A DNA stretch of 64,000 nt from Anaerolineae bacterium (GTDB taxonomy: Bacteria; Chloroflexota; Anaerolineae; Aggregatilineales; Phototrophicaceae). Both the position numbers and the translations under genes were made by a program. The stretch spans positions 5,502 to 69,501 of the forward strand of contig JABWBO010000006.1 in assembly GCA_013360465.1 (NCBI GenBank), read 5' to 3'. Shown here piece after piece: positions 48,413 through 57,134 of the stretch (position 1 is the first letter of the stretch; every line of letters begins with the position of its first letter). The notes under the pieces were generated by a model. The model was not told the origin of the DNA, ran no database searches, and worked only from the letters and a program-made list of their open reading frames with translations.

Positions 48413-49540
48413 ATGGATGCGCAGCGGAAGATCGAACAGAGCAAAACCTTCCTCCAGCAGCTCTGGGCGCTGGACAACGAGGAACGCCCCGGATTCATGA
48501 TCGGCTATGTCGGTCCGAAGGTGAAAAACGGCAAGCCGGTTCCGAGCGCCCTGTTTTCGACCGAAGGACCGGACACCGTGCGCGACCGCCTGCAGGACCC
48601 GGCAAAATTCCTCCAGGCGCAGATCGTCGAAATCGACGCGCAGTTGAATCAGGAGGGCGATTTCGTCCCCTCGCTCTGCCCGACGCTGGGGCTGGTTGGC
48701 ATCCCATCGGCGTTCGGCTGTGAGGTCGTCTGGTGGGAGAACGACCTGCCCGCCGTCCGTCCCGTCGTCGGCGACGACGCGGAAGCAATCTACGGTCTGC
48801 CGACGCCGACCGTCCGCGACGGCGAACTGGGGCGCATGTTGGACTACACCCGCTACTTCATCGAACACAGCGACAGGGGCTATCCCATCCGCATGAGCGA
48901 CATCCAGGGACCCTTAGACAGCGCGGCGCTGATCATGGGGCACAACAATTTCCTGTTGGCGATGCTCACCAACCCGGCGGCGGTCCATCATTTGCTGCAA
49001 AAAGTGACCGATCTGACCATCGCCTTCGTGGGGGCGCAGCGCGACCTCGCCCGCAGCCTGGGCGTCGAGTTTGTGCCGAGCATGTTCCAGCCCTGGATGC
49101 CGGATGGCTGCGGCGTATCGATCTCCAACGATGAGTGCGTGATGATCTCGGCGGCGATGCACGACGAATTCCACGTGCCCTACCTCAATCAGCTCTCCGA
49201 CGCCTTTGGCGGAGTCTACCTGCATTCCTGCGGCAGATGGACCCACCAGTTCCCCAGCCTCGCCAAGGTTCACAACCTGCGCGGGCACGAGTTCGGCGCG
49301 AGTGAAGCAACTTTCGAACCGGTGCTGGACCATTTCGGGGGGAAGATCGTCCTCGCCTGCCGGGTCGGGCTGCACCGCGATCTGAAGTTCACCGGCATGG
49401 CAGATTTTGTCCGCCGGGTCAAAGCCGCCAGCAGGACCTATCGCGGTCTGTTCATCAACGTGGACATCACCAACGGGTTGATCGATGAGGCGTGGCAGGA
49501 GACGGATCTGCTGGAGATTTACGCCCTGTTCCGGGGATAA
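48413..49540 (+). CDS. URO-D superfamily protein, MtaA/CmuA-like methyltransferase candidate, paralogue 3
   Basis: 375 aa. It has GIPSAFGCEVVWWEND, ISNDECVMISAAMHDEFHVPYLNQLSDAFGGVYLHSCGRW, and an H-x-C-G motif. Confidence 0.82.
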   Translation: MDAQRKIEQSKTFLQQLWALDNEERPGFMIGYVGPKVKNGKPVPSALFSTEGPDTVRDRLQDPAKFLQAQIVEIDAQLNQEGDFVPSLCPTLGLVGIPSAFGCEVVWWENDLPAVRPVVGDDAEAIYGLPTPTVRDGELGRMLDYTRYFIEHSDRGYPIRMSDIQGPLDSAALIMGHNNFLLAMLTNPAAVHHLLQKVTDLTIAFVGAQRDLARSLGVEFVPSMFQPWMPDGCGVSISNDECVMISAAMHDEFHVPYLNQLSDAFGGVYLHSCGRWTHQFPSLAKVHNLRGHEFGASEATFEPVLDHFGGKIVLACRVGLHRDLKFTGMADFVRRVKAASRTYRGLFINVDITNGLIDEAWQETDLLEIYALFRG

Positions 49541-49545
49541 TCACG

Positions 49546-49581
49546 CCGCAGCCCGCGATCCGGTTGGATCGCGGGCTGCGG
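49546..49581. terminator. Strong hairpin between convergent operons
   Basis: Perfect 16 bp stem CCGCAGCCCGCGATCC (49546-49561), loop GGTT, GGATCGCGGGCTGCGG (49566-49581). It starts 6 nt after the URO-D3 stop and ends 8 nt before the stop of the convergent gene. There is no U-tract. Confidence 0.6.
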
Positions 49582-49588
49582 GATAGGT

Positions 49589-50860
49589 CTAATACGACTG
49601 CGTGTCTCCGCCGGGTGCGCTGTCAGCCTGGTGCGCCGCCATCGCCATCTTCTGCTGCATCCTGACGGGCGTGTTTTCCATCAGCCAGGCTTCGGTGCGC
49701 GCGGCGATCTCCGCCGGAGTCTCCTTGTAGCCGTAAGTCTCCAGCAGGACCGGCGTCCACTTCTTGCCCCAGCGGATGTGAAAGTTCTCGTCGCTCCAGT
49801 CATAGCTGACCGCCGCCGCTGAGATGTCGTCTTCGATCTCTTCCCAGTGTTCGCGGTTGGCAGATTTTTCCGGCATGCCGTTCGGCTCGATCACGGTGGT
49901 CAGCAGCGCGTACTGATCGACGGCGGGCAGGGTCATCATCACGTCGTAGATCTGCACCACCTGCGGCACGTCTTCGACCTTCAGCCCAAGCTGCTGAATG
50001 CGCACCATGCCCAGCTGGCTATGGCGGATTTCATCCCAACAGTGGCGCGCCACGTTGTTCTGGTACTCCCAGGGCATCTCCGGCGTCATCCACAGGATCG
50101 ACCCCAGGGTTTCCGCCGCCGTCATCTCGTTGAGATAGTGCTTGAAGCGCCACAGACGATGGGCTTCCGGCTCGGCTTTGCGATCTGGCTCAACATCCAC
50201 CAAGGGATCGAAGACGAGCCAGCCCTTCATGCGCTGGCACTTCTTCCAGGGCAGCAGCAGCGGATGCTCTGCCGGCTCCGGCGGTTCGGCGCGCGGCGTC
50301 TCCATGCCGGTGACGCCGCCATCCGCCGCCAGCAGCCCGGCGACGTAATCGCGCCATGCCTCCCAGCCGGGGTAGCGCGCCGCCGCTTCGGGGAAGAACC
50401 GTTCCGCCCAGGCGACCTGCCGTTCGAGCGCCGGCAGCACCATCTCCGTCACCTTGACGGTCGGACGGTCGAAGTCACTCCAGGTCACGTCGGGGTGGGA
50501 ACGGTACGCCTCAAGGAGCTGCTTCTTGACCACCAGATAGACGGCGGCGACCAGTTCGGCGCTGTTCTGCGCCCGGTCCAGCGCGCGCGCCAGACGTAAG
50601 AGCCGCTCGCTGAGGTTGCGTTCCGGCTGATAGGAGCGCAGCTCGCGCAGGCGCTGGTAAATCTTGTCTGCCGAGTCGGCGCTTTCCCACAGGTGCAAGC
50701 CGATCTCGTTCTTCGCTTCCCATTCCGGCACGCCCGGCAGCCAACCGGAGAGGGTGCGCATGCACGCCTTTTCCAGAAAAGCATAGCGCTTCAGAATCTC
50801 GGTATTCCGCTCAATCGTGATGTGGGTCGGTGCGCTGCTCATCGTCCTCAACTGCTCCAC
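49589..50860 (-). CDS. Hypothetical protein with a ferritin-like diiron-carboxylate motif set
   Basis: 423 aa and the last gene of the minus-strand ABC operon. The C-terminal half carries E (NEMTAAETLG), ExxH (WDEIRHSQ), E (VIEPNGMPE) and ExxH (SDENFHIRW), with roughly 33 / 47 / 33 residue spacings. Confidence 0.7.
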   Translation of the reverse strand: MEQLRTMSSAPTHITIERNTEILKRYAFLEKACMRTLSGWLPGVPEWEAKNEIGLHLWESADSADKIYQRLRELRSYQPERNLSERLLRLARALDRAQNSAELVAAVYLVVKKQLLEAYRSHPDVTWSDFDRPTVKVTEMVLPALERQVAWAERFFPEAAARYPGWEAWRDYVAGLLAADGGVTGMETPRAEPPEPAEHPLLLPWKKCQRMKGWLVFDPLVDVEPDRKAEPEAHRLWRFKHYLNEMTAAETLGSILWMTPEMPWEYQNNVARHCWDEIRHSQLGMVRIQQLGLKVEDVPQVVQIYDVMMTLPAVDQYALLTTVIEPNGMPEKSANREHWEEIEDDISAAAVSYDWSDENFHIRWGKKWTPVLLETYGYKETPAEIAARTEAWLMENTPVRMQQKMAMAAHQADSAPGGDTQSY

Positions 50861-50903
50861 AGAACTCGTTTCGTCTCTCTTGCGTCGTTTTCAACCGTCA
50901 AGT

Positions 50904-51809
50904 TCACTTCAGCGCCCCGCGCGCCAAGCCGGAGATGATCATGCGCTGTCCGAACAGGATGATCAGCAGCACGGGCACGATCATGAACACGCTCAGCGCG
51001 CTCATCTGGTCCCAGGGCTTGGTATAGGTCGAACCAGGATCGGTCAGCTCGGTCAGACCGACGCTCAAGGTCTTGGTATCGACATTATGCGCGAAGACCA
51101 GCGGATACAGCAACTCGTTCCAGCTGATGATGAAATTGATCAGGAACATGGTGAACAACGCCGGGCGAATCAGCGGCAGCACGACGCGCAGGATGATCTG
51201 GGCGGTGTTCGCGCCATCGATGTAGGCGGCTTCTTCGATCTCCGCCGGAACCTGATTGATGAACGAGACCAGGGTCATGATGGTGAAGGGCAGCATCAGG
51301 CTGCTCATCATGATGATCAGCCCGTAAGGGGTGTTGACCAGTCTGAAGCTGTTGAAGGTCTGATACATCGGAACCAGTACGGCGATCTGCGGCAGCGCCA
51401 CCGAGAGGATCAGCGCCAGATAGAGGATGTTGCTGCCCGGAAAGCGGATGCGCGCCAGCGCATAAGCCGCCATGCCCGCCGCGATCACCGACACCGCCGA
51501 CGAGCCGATGGCGAAGATCAGCGAATTGCGGAAGTAGGTCAGAAACGGGATCGACTCCATCATTTTCAGGTAGTTTTCCAGCGTCGGGGCGCTGGGTAGG
51601 TAGGTCGGCGGTATGTTGAAGAGTTCCGAGGAGGGGGTGATCGACGAGATGAAGATGAAGTAGAACGGCAGCCCGATCACCACAGCGAAGATGATGAAGC
51701 TGACGTAGACGAGGATGCTTCCGCCGAAGCGGGTGAGGCGTTCCATCGTCTGCCCTGGATGATCTCCCTGGGCGGGCTGCGCCGGTCTGGCGGTAAGCTG
51801 GGTGGACAT
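50904..51809 (-). CDS. Carbohydrate ABC transporter permease (MalG type)
   Basis: Start trimmed to ATG 51809, giving 301 aa. EAA loop EIEEAAYIDGANTAQIILRVVLPLIRP. Confidence 0.9.
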   Translation of the reverse strand: MSTQLTARPAQPAQGDHPGQTMERLTRFGGSILVYVSFIIFAVVIGLPFYFIFISSITPSSELFNIPPTYLPSAPTLENYLKMMESIPFLTYFRNSLIFAIGSSAVSVIAAGMAAYALARIRFPGSNILYLALILSVALPQIAVLVPMYQTFNSFRLVNTPYGLIIMMSSLMLPFTIMTLVSFINQVPAEIEEAAYIDGANTAQIILRVVLPLIRPALFTMFLINFIISWNELLYPLVFAHNVDTKTLSVGLTELTDPGSTYTKPWDQMSALSVFMIVPVLLIILFGQRMIISGLARGALK

Positions 51810-51822
51810 CAGCACAGCCCTT

Positions 51823-52752
51823 TCATGCCGAAACGTCGAAGCGGCGGAACAGATACAGCCCGACGGCGCCGACCAGCGCGACGATGCCGACCAGCACCAT
51901 GCTGATCGACGCCGCGTAGCCATAATTGAGCGAATTGCTTTCCAGGTAAATTTTCTGGGCGATCACCGTCGTGGAGAAGCCGGGTCCGCCGCCGGTCATC
52001 AGGAACGGCAGATCGAACACCGCCAGCTGCCAGACGATCATGAACATGCCGGTGGTGATCAGGATGGGCAGCAGCATGGGGATGGTGATGTAGAACAGGC
52101 ACGTCCAGGCGTTCGCGCCATCGACGCGCGCCGCCTCGTACAGGTCGCGTCCGATGCCCTGTAAGCCGGCGAGCAGCACCAGCGCCACGAACGGCGTACT
52201 CTTCCAGACGGCGACCGAGACCACTGCCAGCTTGGCGTTGTTCGGGTCGATCAGCCAGCGGACATTCGCCCCCGTCAGGGTGCGCAGCAGGTCGGGAATG
52301 ATGCCGAACTGATCGTCGAACATCCAGCGGAAGCCGAGCGCCGCCACCGCCATCGGGATCGCCCAGGGAATCAGCACCAGGGCGCGCGCCAGATAGCGCA
52401 GACGGAAGGCGGCATTGAGCAAATGGGCGACCGCCAGCCCCAGGGTCAGTTGAAAGAAGGTCGCGCCCAGCACGAACAGAAGGGTGAAGCCGATGCTGGC
52501 TTGCACCACCGGATCAGAACCGATGCGCGTAAAGTTGTTCAGCCCGACGAACACGGGACCGTCATGATCGAACGCCGGGTTGTACTTGTGCAGACTGAGG
52601 TATGCCGTCTGCAAAAAGGGGTAGAACGCCGTGAAGACGCGCAGCGCCACCGCCGGCAGCAGCAGCAGAACAGCCACGATATAGAAGCGCTGCCGCAGCG
52701 TCAGCCGGGAGAACCGTCCCGGAGGCTGGGCGGCGCGTGATTGAGCAGCCAT
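51823..52752 (-). CDS. Sugar ABC transporter permease (MalF type)
   Basis: Start taken as ATG 52752 (309 aa). A TTG at 52809 is an alternative. EAA loop DLYEAARVDGANAWTCLFYITIPMLLP. Confidence 0.85.
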   Translation of the reverse strand: MAAQSRAAQPPGRFSRLTLRQRFYIVAVLLLLPAVALRVFTAFYPFLQTAYLSLHKYNPAFDHDGPVFVGLNNFTRIGSDPVVQASIGFTLLFVLGATFFQLTLGLAVAHLLNAAFRLRYLARALVLIPWAIPMAVAALGFRWMFDDQFGIIPDLLRTLTGANVRWLIDPNNAKLAVVSVAVWKSTPFVALVLLAGLQGIGRDLYEAARVDGANAWTCLFYITIPMLLPILITTGMFMIVWQLAVFDLPFLMTGGGPGFSTTVIAQKIYLESNSLNYGYAASISMVLVGIVALVGAVGLYLFRRFDVSA

Positions 52753-52851
52753 AGAGCGTAATTTTCGGAGTCTCGAAACGCAGGACGAATCCACGCTGCC
52801 AGGGGGCAAACCGCCGGCTTACCCCCTGGCTTGAACGATCCAGATATTCCC

Positions 52852-54174
52852 CTACTGGTCCAGGGCGGCGATCAGCTGCTTGCCCTGCTCCAGTACCTCA
52901 GATAGGCTCGCCTGTTTGGTCAGGAAGAGCGACGCCATGTCGTCCACGACGGTCTGCGCCTCAGCGACGCGCGGGTGGAAGGCGCGCGGCGCGAACACAT
53001 CGTTTTCGGCGTACAGCCCCATCGCGGTGATCAGTTCGTCGCCGGTATCCGCCATCGCCTCAAGGATCGAGTAGCGCGGCGTGAGCAGGAAGCCCTGCTG
53101 CGCAGCCAGCTGCGACGCGACGGCGTTGGAGGTCAGGTACTGAATGAGCGCCGCTGCGCCATCGGGGTTCGGCGCGTAGGTCGGGATCGAATAGCCCCAA
53201 CCGCCGATCCAGCTCTTGCTCCCTAACGGACCCGCCGGCGGCAGGGAGATGATCAGCTTCTCCGGCGCGTACCACTCGGCATTGCCTTCGGCGACGCCCT
53301 GGAAGAAGGGCCACTGACGCATGAACCACACCTTGTCGCTCATATACAGCGCGTTCTGAGCGGTGTAGTCCTGGTTGAGCGATTCTTCCGGGAAGATCTT
53401 GTGGGTGTGAATCATATCGTACAGGAACTGCAGCGCCTGCGCCGTGCCGTCGTCGAACTCGAAGACCTTGCCGCCCGCCTGCACCGCCAGATAGGCAACG
53501 TAGACGTACAGGAGCGCCGGCTTGATCAGCGCGTCGGTCGTCCCCCACACGCCGTTCGCGGAGTCGGTGACTTCCTTGCCGACCTCGACCAGTTCGTCCC
53601 AGGTCGTCGGAACCGTCAGACCGCGCTCGGAGAGCCAGTCCTGGCGGGAGAAGAAGTAGCCAACGGCGAATTCATGCGGGATGCGGTAAGGCACATCGTC
53701 GATGCTGAGGAAGCCGCGAATGTGATCCTGCATGCTGGGCGGGAAGTCGTCCCACGTTTCCTGAGGGATGATCTCGTTGAGCGGTTTGACCCACCCCGCC
53801 CCCATGAAGGTCGGCGAGCTGTCGTCGGCGTCGCTGAACAGATCGACCGGGCTGGTTCCAGAGGCAAACGCCGGGCTGTAGGCAGTCAGCATCTCGTTTC
53901 CGGTGACCGGACCGCCTTCAAGCTGAACGGTCAAGCCGGTATCCGCCTCGAACTGGGGCAGCACCGACTGAATGGCTTCGTGTGCGAAAGACTGAATGGC
54001 GAAAATGACGGTGTTGTTCTGACGAATGAGCCGGGGCGCGAACATCCCCTGTGTCATGAACTTTCCTGGACCGCTTGCAGCCAGCGCGCCGGCGATGCTG
54101 CCCGCCGTCCCTCTCAGGAACATGCGGCGCGAGATTCCTCGCTTGACACCCTTCGACTGCTCCTCTTTTCCCAT
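52852..54174 (-). CDS. Extracellular solute-binding protein of a sugar ABC importer, Tat-type signal
   Basis: Start trimmed to ATG 54174. It has the twin-arginine signal GISRRMFLRGTAGSIAGALAASG, followed by an SBP fold of typical length (440 aa). Confidence 0.88.
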   Translation of the reverse strand: MGKEEQSKGVKRGISRRMFLRGTAGSIAGALAASGPGKFMTQGMFAPRLIRQNNTVIFAIQSFAHEAIQSVLPQFEADTGLTVQLEGGPVTGNEMLTAYSPAFASGTSPVDLFSDADDSSPTFMGAGWVKPLNEIIPQETWDDFPPSMQDHIRGFLSIDDVPYRIPHEFAVGYFFSRQDWLSERGLTVPTTWDELVEVGKEVTDSANGVWGTTDALIKPALLYVYVAYLAVQAGGKVFEFDDGTAQALQFLYDMIHTHKIFPEESLNQDYTAQNALYMSDKVWFMRQWPFFQGVAEGNAEWYAPEKLIISLPPAGPLGSKSWIGGWGYSIPTYAPNPDGAAALIQYLTSNAVASQLAAQQGFLLTPRYSILEAMADTGDELITAMGLYAENDVFAPRAFHPRVAEAQTVVDDMASLFLTKQASLSEVLEQGKQLIAALDQ

Positions 54175-54225
54175 AAGCTTAGCCTTTCTGCTAATATCGA
54201 CGGATAAATCTTGACGATGTATTTC

Positions 54226-54253
54226 TTGGCGATGCTGCGAACGGTGGTATAAT
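54226..54253 (+). promoter_or_regulatory. Candidate extended -10 promoter for the GH38 gene
   Basis: TTGGCG (54226-54231), 16 nt spacer, TGgTATAAT (54245-54253). It lies in the AT-richer divergent spacer, 75 nt upstream of the ATG at 54328. Confidence 0.45.
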
Positions 54254-54327
54254 CGTATTTGTCTAAACAACCAATTTCAAATATATAGTCAACACGCCCC
54301 TTTGTCAAACAGGTAGAGGCTGTATTC

Positions 54328-57054
54328 ATGGCTCGATTTCATGCAACGATGGTTAGTCATACTCACTGGGATCGTGCATGGTACTGTACCTTTCAGGAAT
54401 TTCGCCTACGTCTGGTACAGTTGGTCGATAACCTCCTAAAGATTCTGGATTCCGACCCGAATTTTCGCTGTTTCATGCTCGACGGGCAGATGAGCGTTAT
54501 CGAAGATTATTTGGAAGCCCGCCCAGGGCAGGCGGAGGCGCTGCGCACCCACTGCCGTTCGGGGCGTATCCAGGTCGGTCCCTGGTTCGTACTGGCTGAT
54601 GAGTTCCTGGTCAGCCCGGAATCCCTCATCCGTAATCTCCGTCTAGGACACCGCATGGGCGAGGACTATGGCGGCGTGGTCAAGATCGGCTACGTGCCGG
54701 ATGGCTTCGGACACATCGCCCAACTGCCGCAAATCCTGCGCGGCTTCGGCATCGATAACGCCTTTTTCTGGCGCGGCATGGGCGCGGAGGGAGACCGCCT
54801 GGGCACGGAATTTCACTGGGAGGCGCTCGACGGTTCCGCCGTGACGACGATCCTCATGCCCTGGGGCTACCACAACGTCACCAACCTCGGCTATGGCATC
54901 CACTGGGGTGACACCTCGCAGATGTCATTCGACATGCAGATGGCGCTGGACAAGATCGAACGCGCCGTCAAAAAGCTCACGCCGATGGCGAACACCAACG
55001 CGCTGCTGCTCATGAACGGAATCGATCACGCCGAGCCGGAACCCCGCATCCCGGCGATCATCGCCCAGGCGAATGATCACCTGGAAACGGCGGAGATCGT
55101 CCAGGGCACGCTCGCCGATCATCTGGCACGGGTGCGCGCGTCCGGCGTGACCCTGCCCCATTTCAGCGGCGAATTTCGCTGGGGACGCTATTCGGAGATC
55201 CTTCAGGGGGTCTATTCCACCCGCATTCACCTCAAACAGGCGAATCATGCCGGAGAAACCCTGCTGGAACGCTATGCTGAACCGCTGGCGGCGCTGTCCT
55301 GGCTGGCGGGGGCAGCCGGCACGCCCGGCGTGCCGGACATGCTCGACCTCGCCTGGCACTGGCTGCTCCTCAACCATCCGCATGACGATATATATGGAAG
55401 CGGCATCGACGAAGTGCATCACGAGATGGCGTTCCGCTTCAGCCAGTCTAGACAGATCGCCGACGCGCTGGTGCGAGACAGCCTGCGCCGCCTCGCCCGT
55501 CAGGTCGATTTCAGCGCGCACACCGGCGTACCGGTCATCGCCTTCAACCCGCTGGGATGGGAACGCCGCGAGATCGTCGAGGCGGAGATCGACTTCGAAT
55601 TCGACGACCCCGACGCTGGATCGTTCCAGGTGGTGGATTCCGCCGGCGTGATCCTGCCGCATCAGGTGATCAGCGACGAGACGCTCTTCTGGATGGAGGT
55701 CCTCAAACCTAACCGCAAACGCCGGGTGAAAGTCCTCTTTCCGGCGGCGACGCCCGCCTGCGGTTATGCCGCATTCACCATCCAACCGCGCGCCGCTCAG
55801 CCGCCCGCAGCTGACCTCTCCGTCGCCGAGCGCAGCGCGGAAAACGCCTACATCGCCCTTCAGATCGCCGACGACGGCGGCATGACGCTGACCGACAAGA
55901 TCACCCGGCGCACTTACAGCGGAATCGGACACCTGGTGGATGTCGCCGATGCGGGCGACGAATACACCTTCTGCCCGCTCAAAGACGATCAGCCGGTCGG
56001 CACCGCCGGCGCGCCGGCGCAGATCACGCGCACCGAAGCAGGTCCATGCCGCGCCTCCTTCCGTATCACGCGCACGCTGAAACTTCCAGCCGGGTTGAGC
56101 GCCGACCGTCAGAGCCGCAGCGCTGAAACGGTCGAGATGCCCATCGTCACCGACGTGGTCGTCTATGCCGGGCAGCCCGGCGTTTACGTCACGACTCGCA
56201 TCGTCAACCACGCGCACGATCACAAGCTGACCGCCGTCTTTCCCAGCGGAATCCAGGCGGAAGTGGCGCATGTCGATGAGTCCTTCATGATCGCCGAGCG
56301 CGCTCTGCGCCTGCCCGATTCCACCGGCTGGGTCGAAGACCCGACCGCGCTCATGCATCAGCGCACCTTTGCCGATCTCAGCGACGGAGAGCGCGGGCTG
56401 GCGGTACTCAATCGCGGGCTGCCCTCGGTTGAAGTTCACCAGGACGGCACGATTGCCCTCACCCTGCTGCGCAGCGTGGGCTGGCTCTCGCGCGATGATC
56501 TGTGGGTGCGGCGCATCGCTGCCGGACCGCTGGTTCCTACCCCCGGGGCGCAGTGCCTCGGCGACTATACCTATGAATATGCAGTCCTGGCGCATCCCGG
56601 CAACTGGCGCAGCGTCTATCAGGCTGCCCACAACTACAACGCCCCGGTGATGACGAGGCGCGCCGACACGCACCCTGGTCTGGAGCTGCGCGAGATGAAT
56701 ATCACGCGCGACAATCCCGATCGCGTGCGCAAAATTCCCTGGCAGCGGGGTGGACCTCTGCCGGCGGCGCACAGCATCGTGCAGATCGAACCACCGGCGC
56801 TGATCCTGAGCGCCGTCTATCGCAGCGGGGACGCGCTGATCGTGCGCTTCTACAATCCCACGCGCGATGCCGTCGGTGGATCGGTGATCTTCGGGCTGCC
56901 GCTGGCGCGCGCCGAGCAGGTGCGCATGGATGAAACTTTCGTGATGCCGCTGCTGCACGATGCCGCTGGACGTATCCCAGTCGAGGTGCGCGCCGGAGAG
57001 GTCTTCACCCTGCGGCTGATCCCCGCCAAGCCGTCGGAAGTGCCGGCACAGTGA
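54328..57054 (+). CDS. Glycoside hydrolase family 38 alpha-mannosidase (cytoplasmic, MngB-like architecture)
   Basis: 908 aa. The N-terminal metal-site signature is MVSHTHWDRAWY. FMLDGQMSVIEDYLE and GYVPDGFGH are typical of bacterial GH38. There is no signal peptide. Confidence 0.9.
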   Translation: MARFHATMVSHTHWDRAWYCTFQEFRLRLVQLVDNLLKILDSDPNFRCFMLDGQMSVIEDYLEARPGQAEALRTHCRSGRIQVGPWFVLADEFLVSPESLIRNLRLGHRMGEDYGGVVKIGYVPDGFGHIAQLPQILRGFGIDNAFFWRGMGAEGDRLGTEFHWEALDGSAVTTILMPWGYHNVTNLGYGIHWGDTSQMSFDMQMALDKIERAVKKLTPMANTNALLLMNGIDHAEPEPRIPAIIAQANDHLETAEIVQGTLADHLARVRASGVTLPHFSGEFRWGRYSEILQGVYSTRIHLKQANHAGETLLERYAEPLAALSWLAGAAGTPGVPDMLDLAWHWLLLNHPHDDIYGSGIDEVHHEMAFRFSQSRQIADALVRDSLRRLARQVDFSAHTGVPVIAFNPLGWERREIVEAEIDFEFDDPDAGSFQVVDSAGVILPHQVISDETLFWMEVLKPNRKRRVKVLFPAATPACGYAAFTIQPRAAQPPAADLSVAERSAENAYIALQIADDGGMTLTDKITRRTYSGIGHLVDVADAGDEYTFCPLKDDQPVGTAGAPAQITRTEAGPCRASFRITRTLKLPAGLSADRQSRSAETVEMPIVTDVVVYAGQPGVYVTTRIVNHAHDHKLTAVFPSGIQAEVAHVDESFMIAERALRLPDSTGWVEDPTALMHQRTFADLSDGERGLAVLNRGLPSVEVHQDGTIALTLLRSVGWLSRDDLWVRRIAAGPLVPTPGAQCLGDYTYEYAVLAHPGNWRSVYQAAHNYNAPVMTRRADTHPGLELREMNITRDNPDRVRKIPWQRGGPLPAAHSIVQIEPPALILSAVYRSGDALIVRFYNPTRDAVGGSVIFGLPLARAEQVRMDETFVMPLLHDAAGRIPVEVRAGEVFTLRLIPAKPSEVPAQ

Positions 57055-57060
57055 GGGCAT

Positions 57061-57089
57061 TTGACAACAGATTCGATGTGATGTAGAGT
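57061..57089 (+). promoter_or_regulatory. Candidate promoter for the regulator gene
   Basis: TTGACA (57061-57066), 17 nt spacer, TAGAGT (57084-57089), starting 7 nt after the GH38 stop. The palindrome TTGTACAA lies at 57117-57124, downstream of it. Confidence 0.4.
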
Positions 57090-57134
57090 AACAGGTATAG
57101 ACCTTTATGCTCGTGATTGTACAAGTTGGGACCT

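Noticed and set aside
47036-48868. 610 aa ORF on the minus strand
   Set aside because: It is antisense to URO-D paralogues 2 and 3 and has no motifs. The plus-strand genes carry family signatures.
54925-57060. 711 aa ORF on the minus strand
   Set aside because: It is antisense to the GH38 alpha-mannosidase gene and is a shadow ORF with Arg/Gly/Ala-rich composition.
3725-57066. Recurrence of TTGAC/GTCAA words in many control regions as evidence for one global regulator
   Set aside because: TTGACA is also the -35 consensus of housekeeping promoters, so its recurrence in promoter regions is expected. I report only the specific palindromes with defined geometry as candidate operators.
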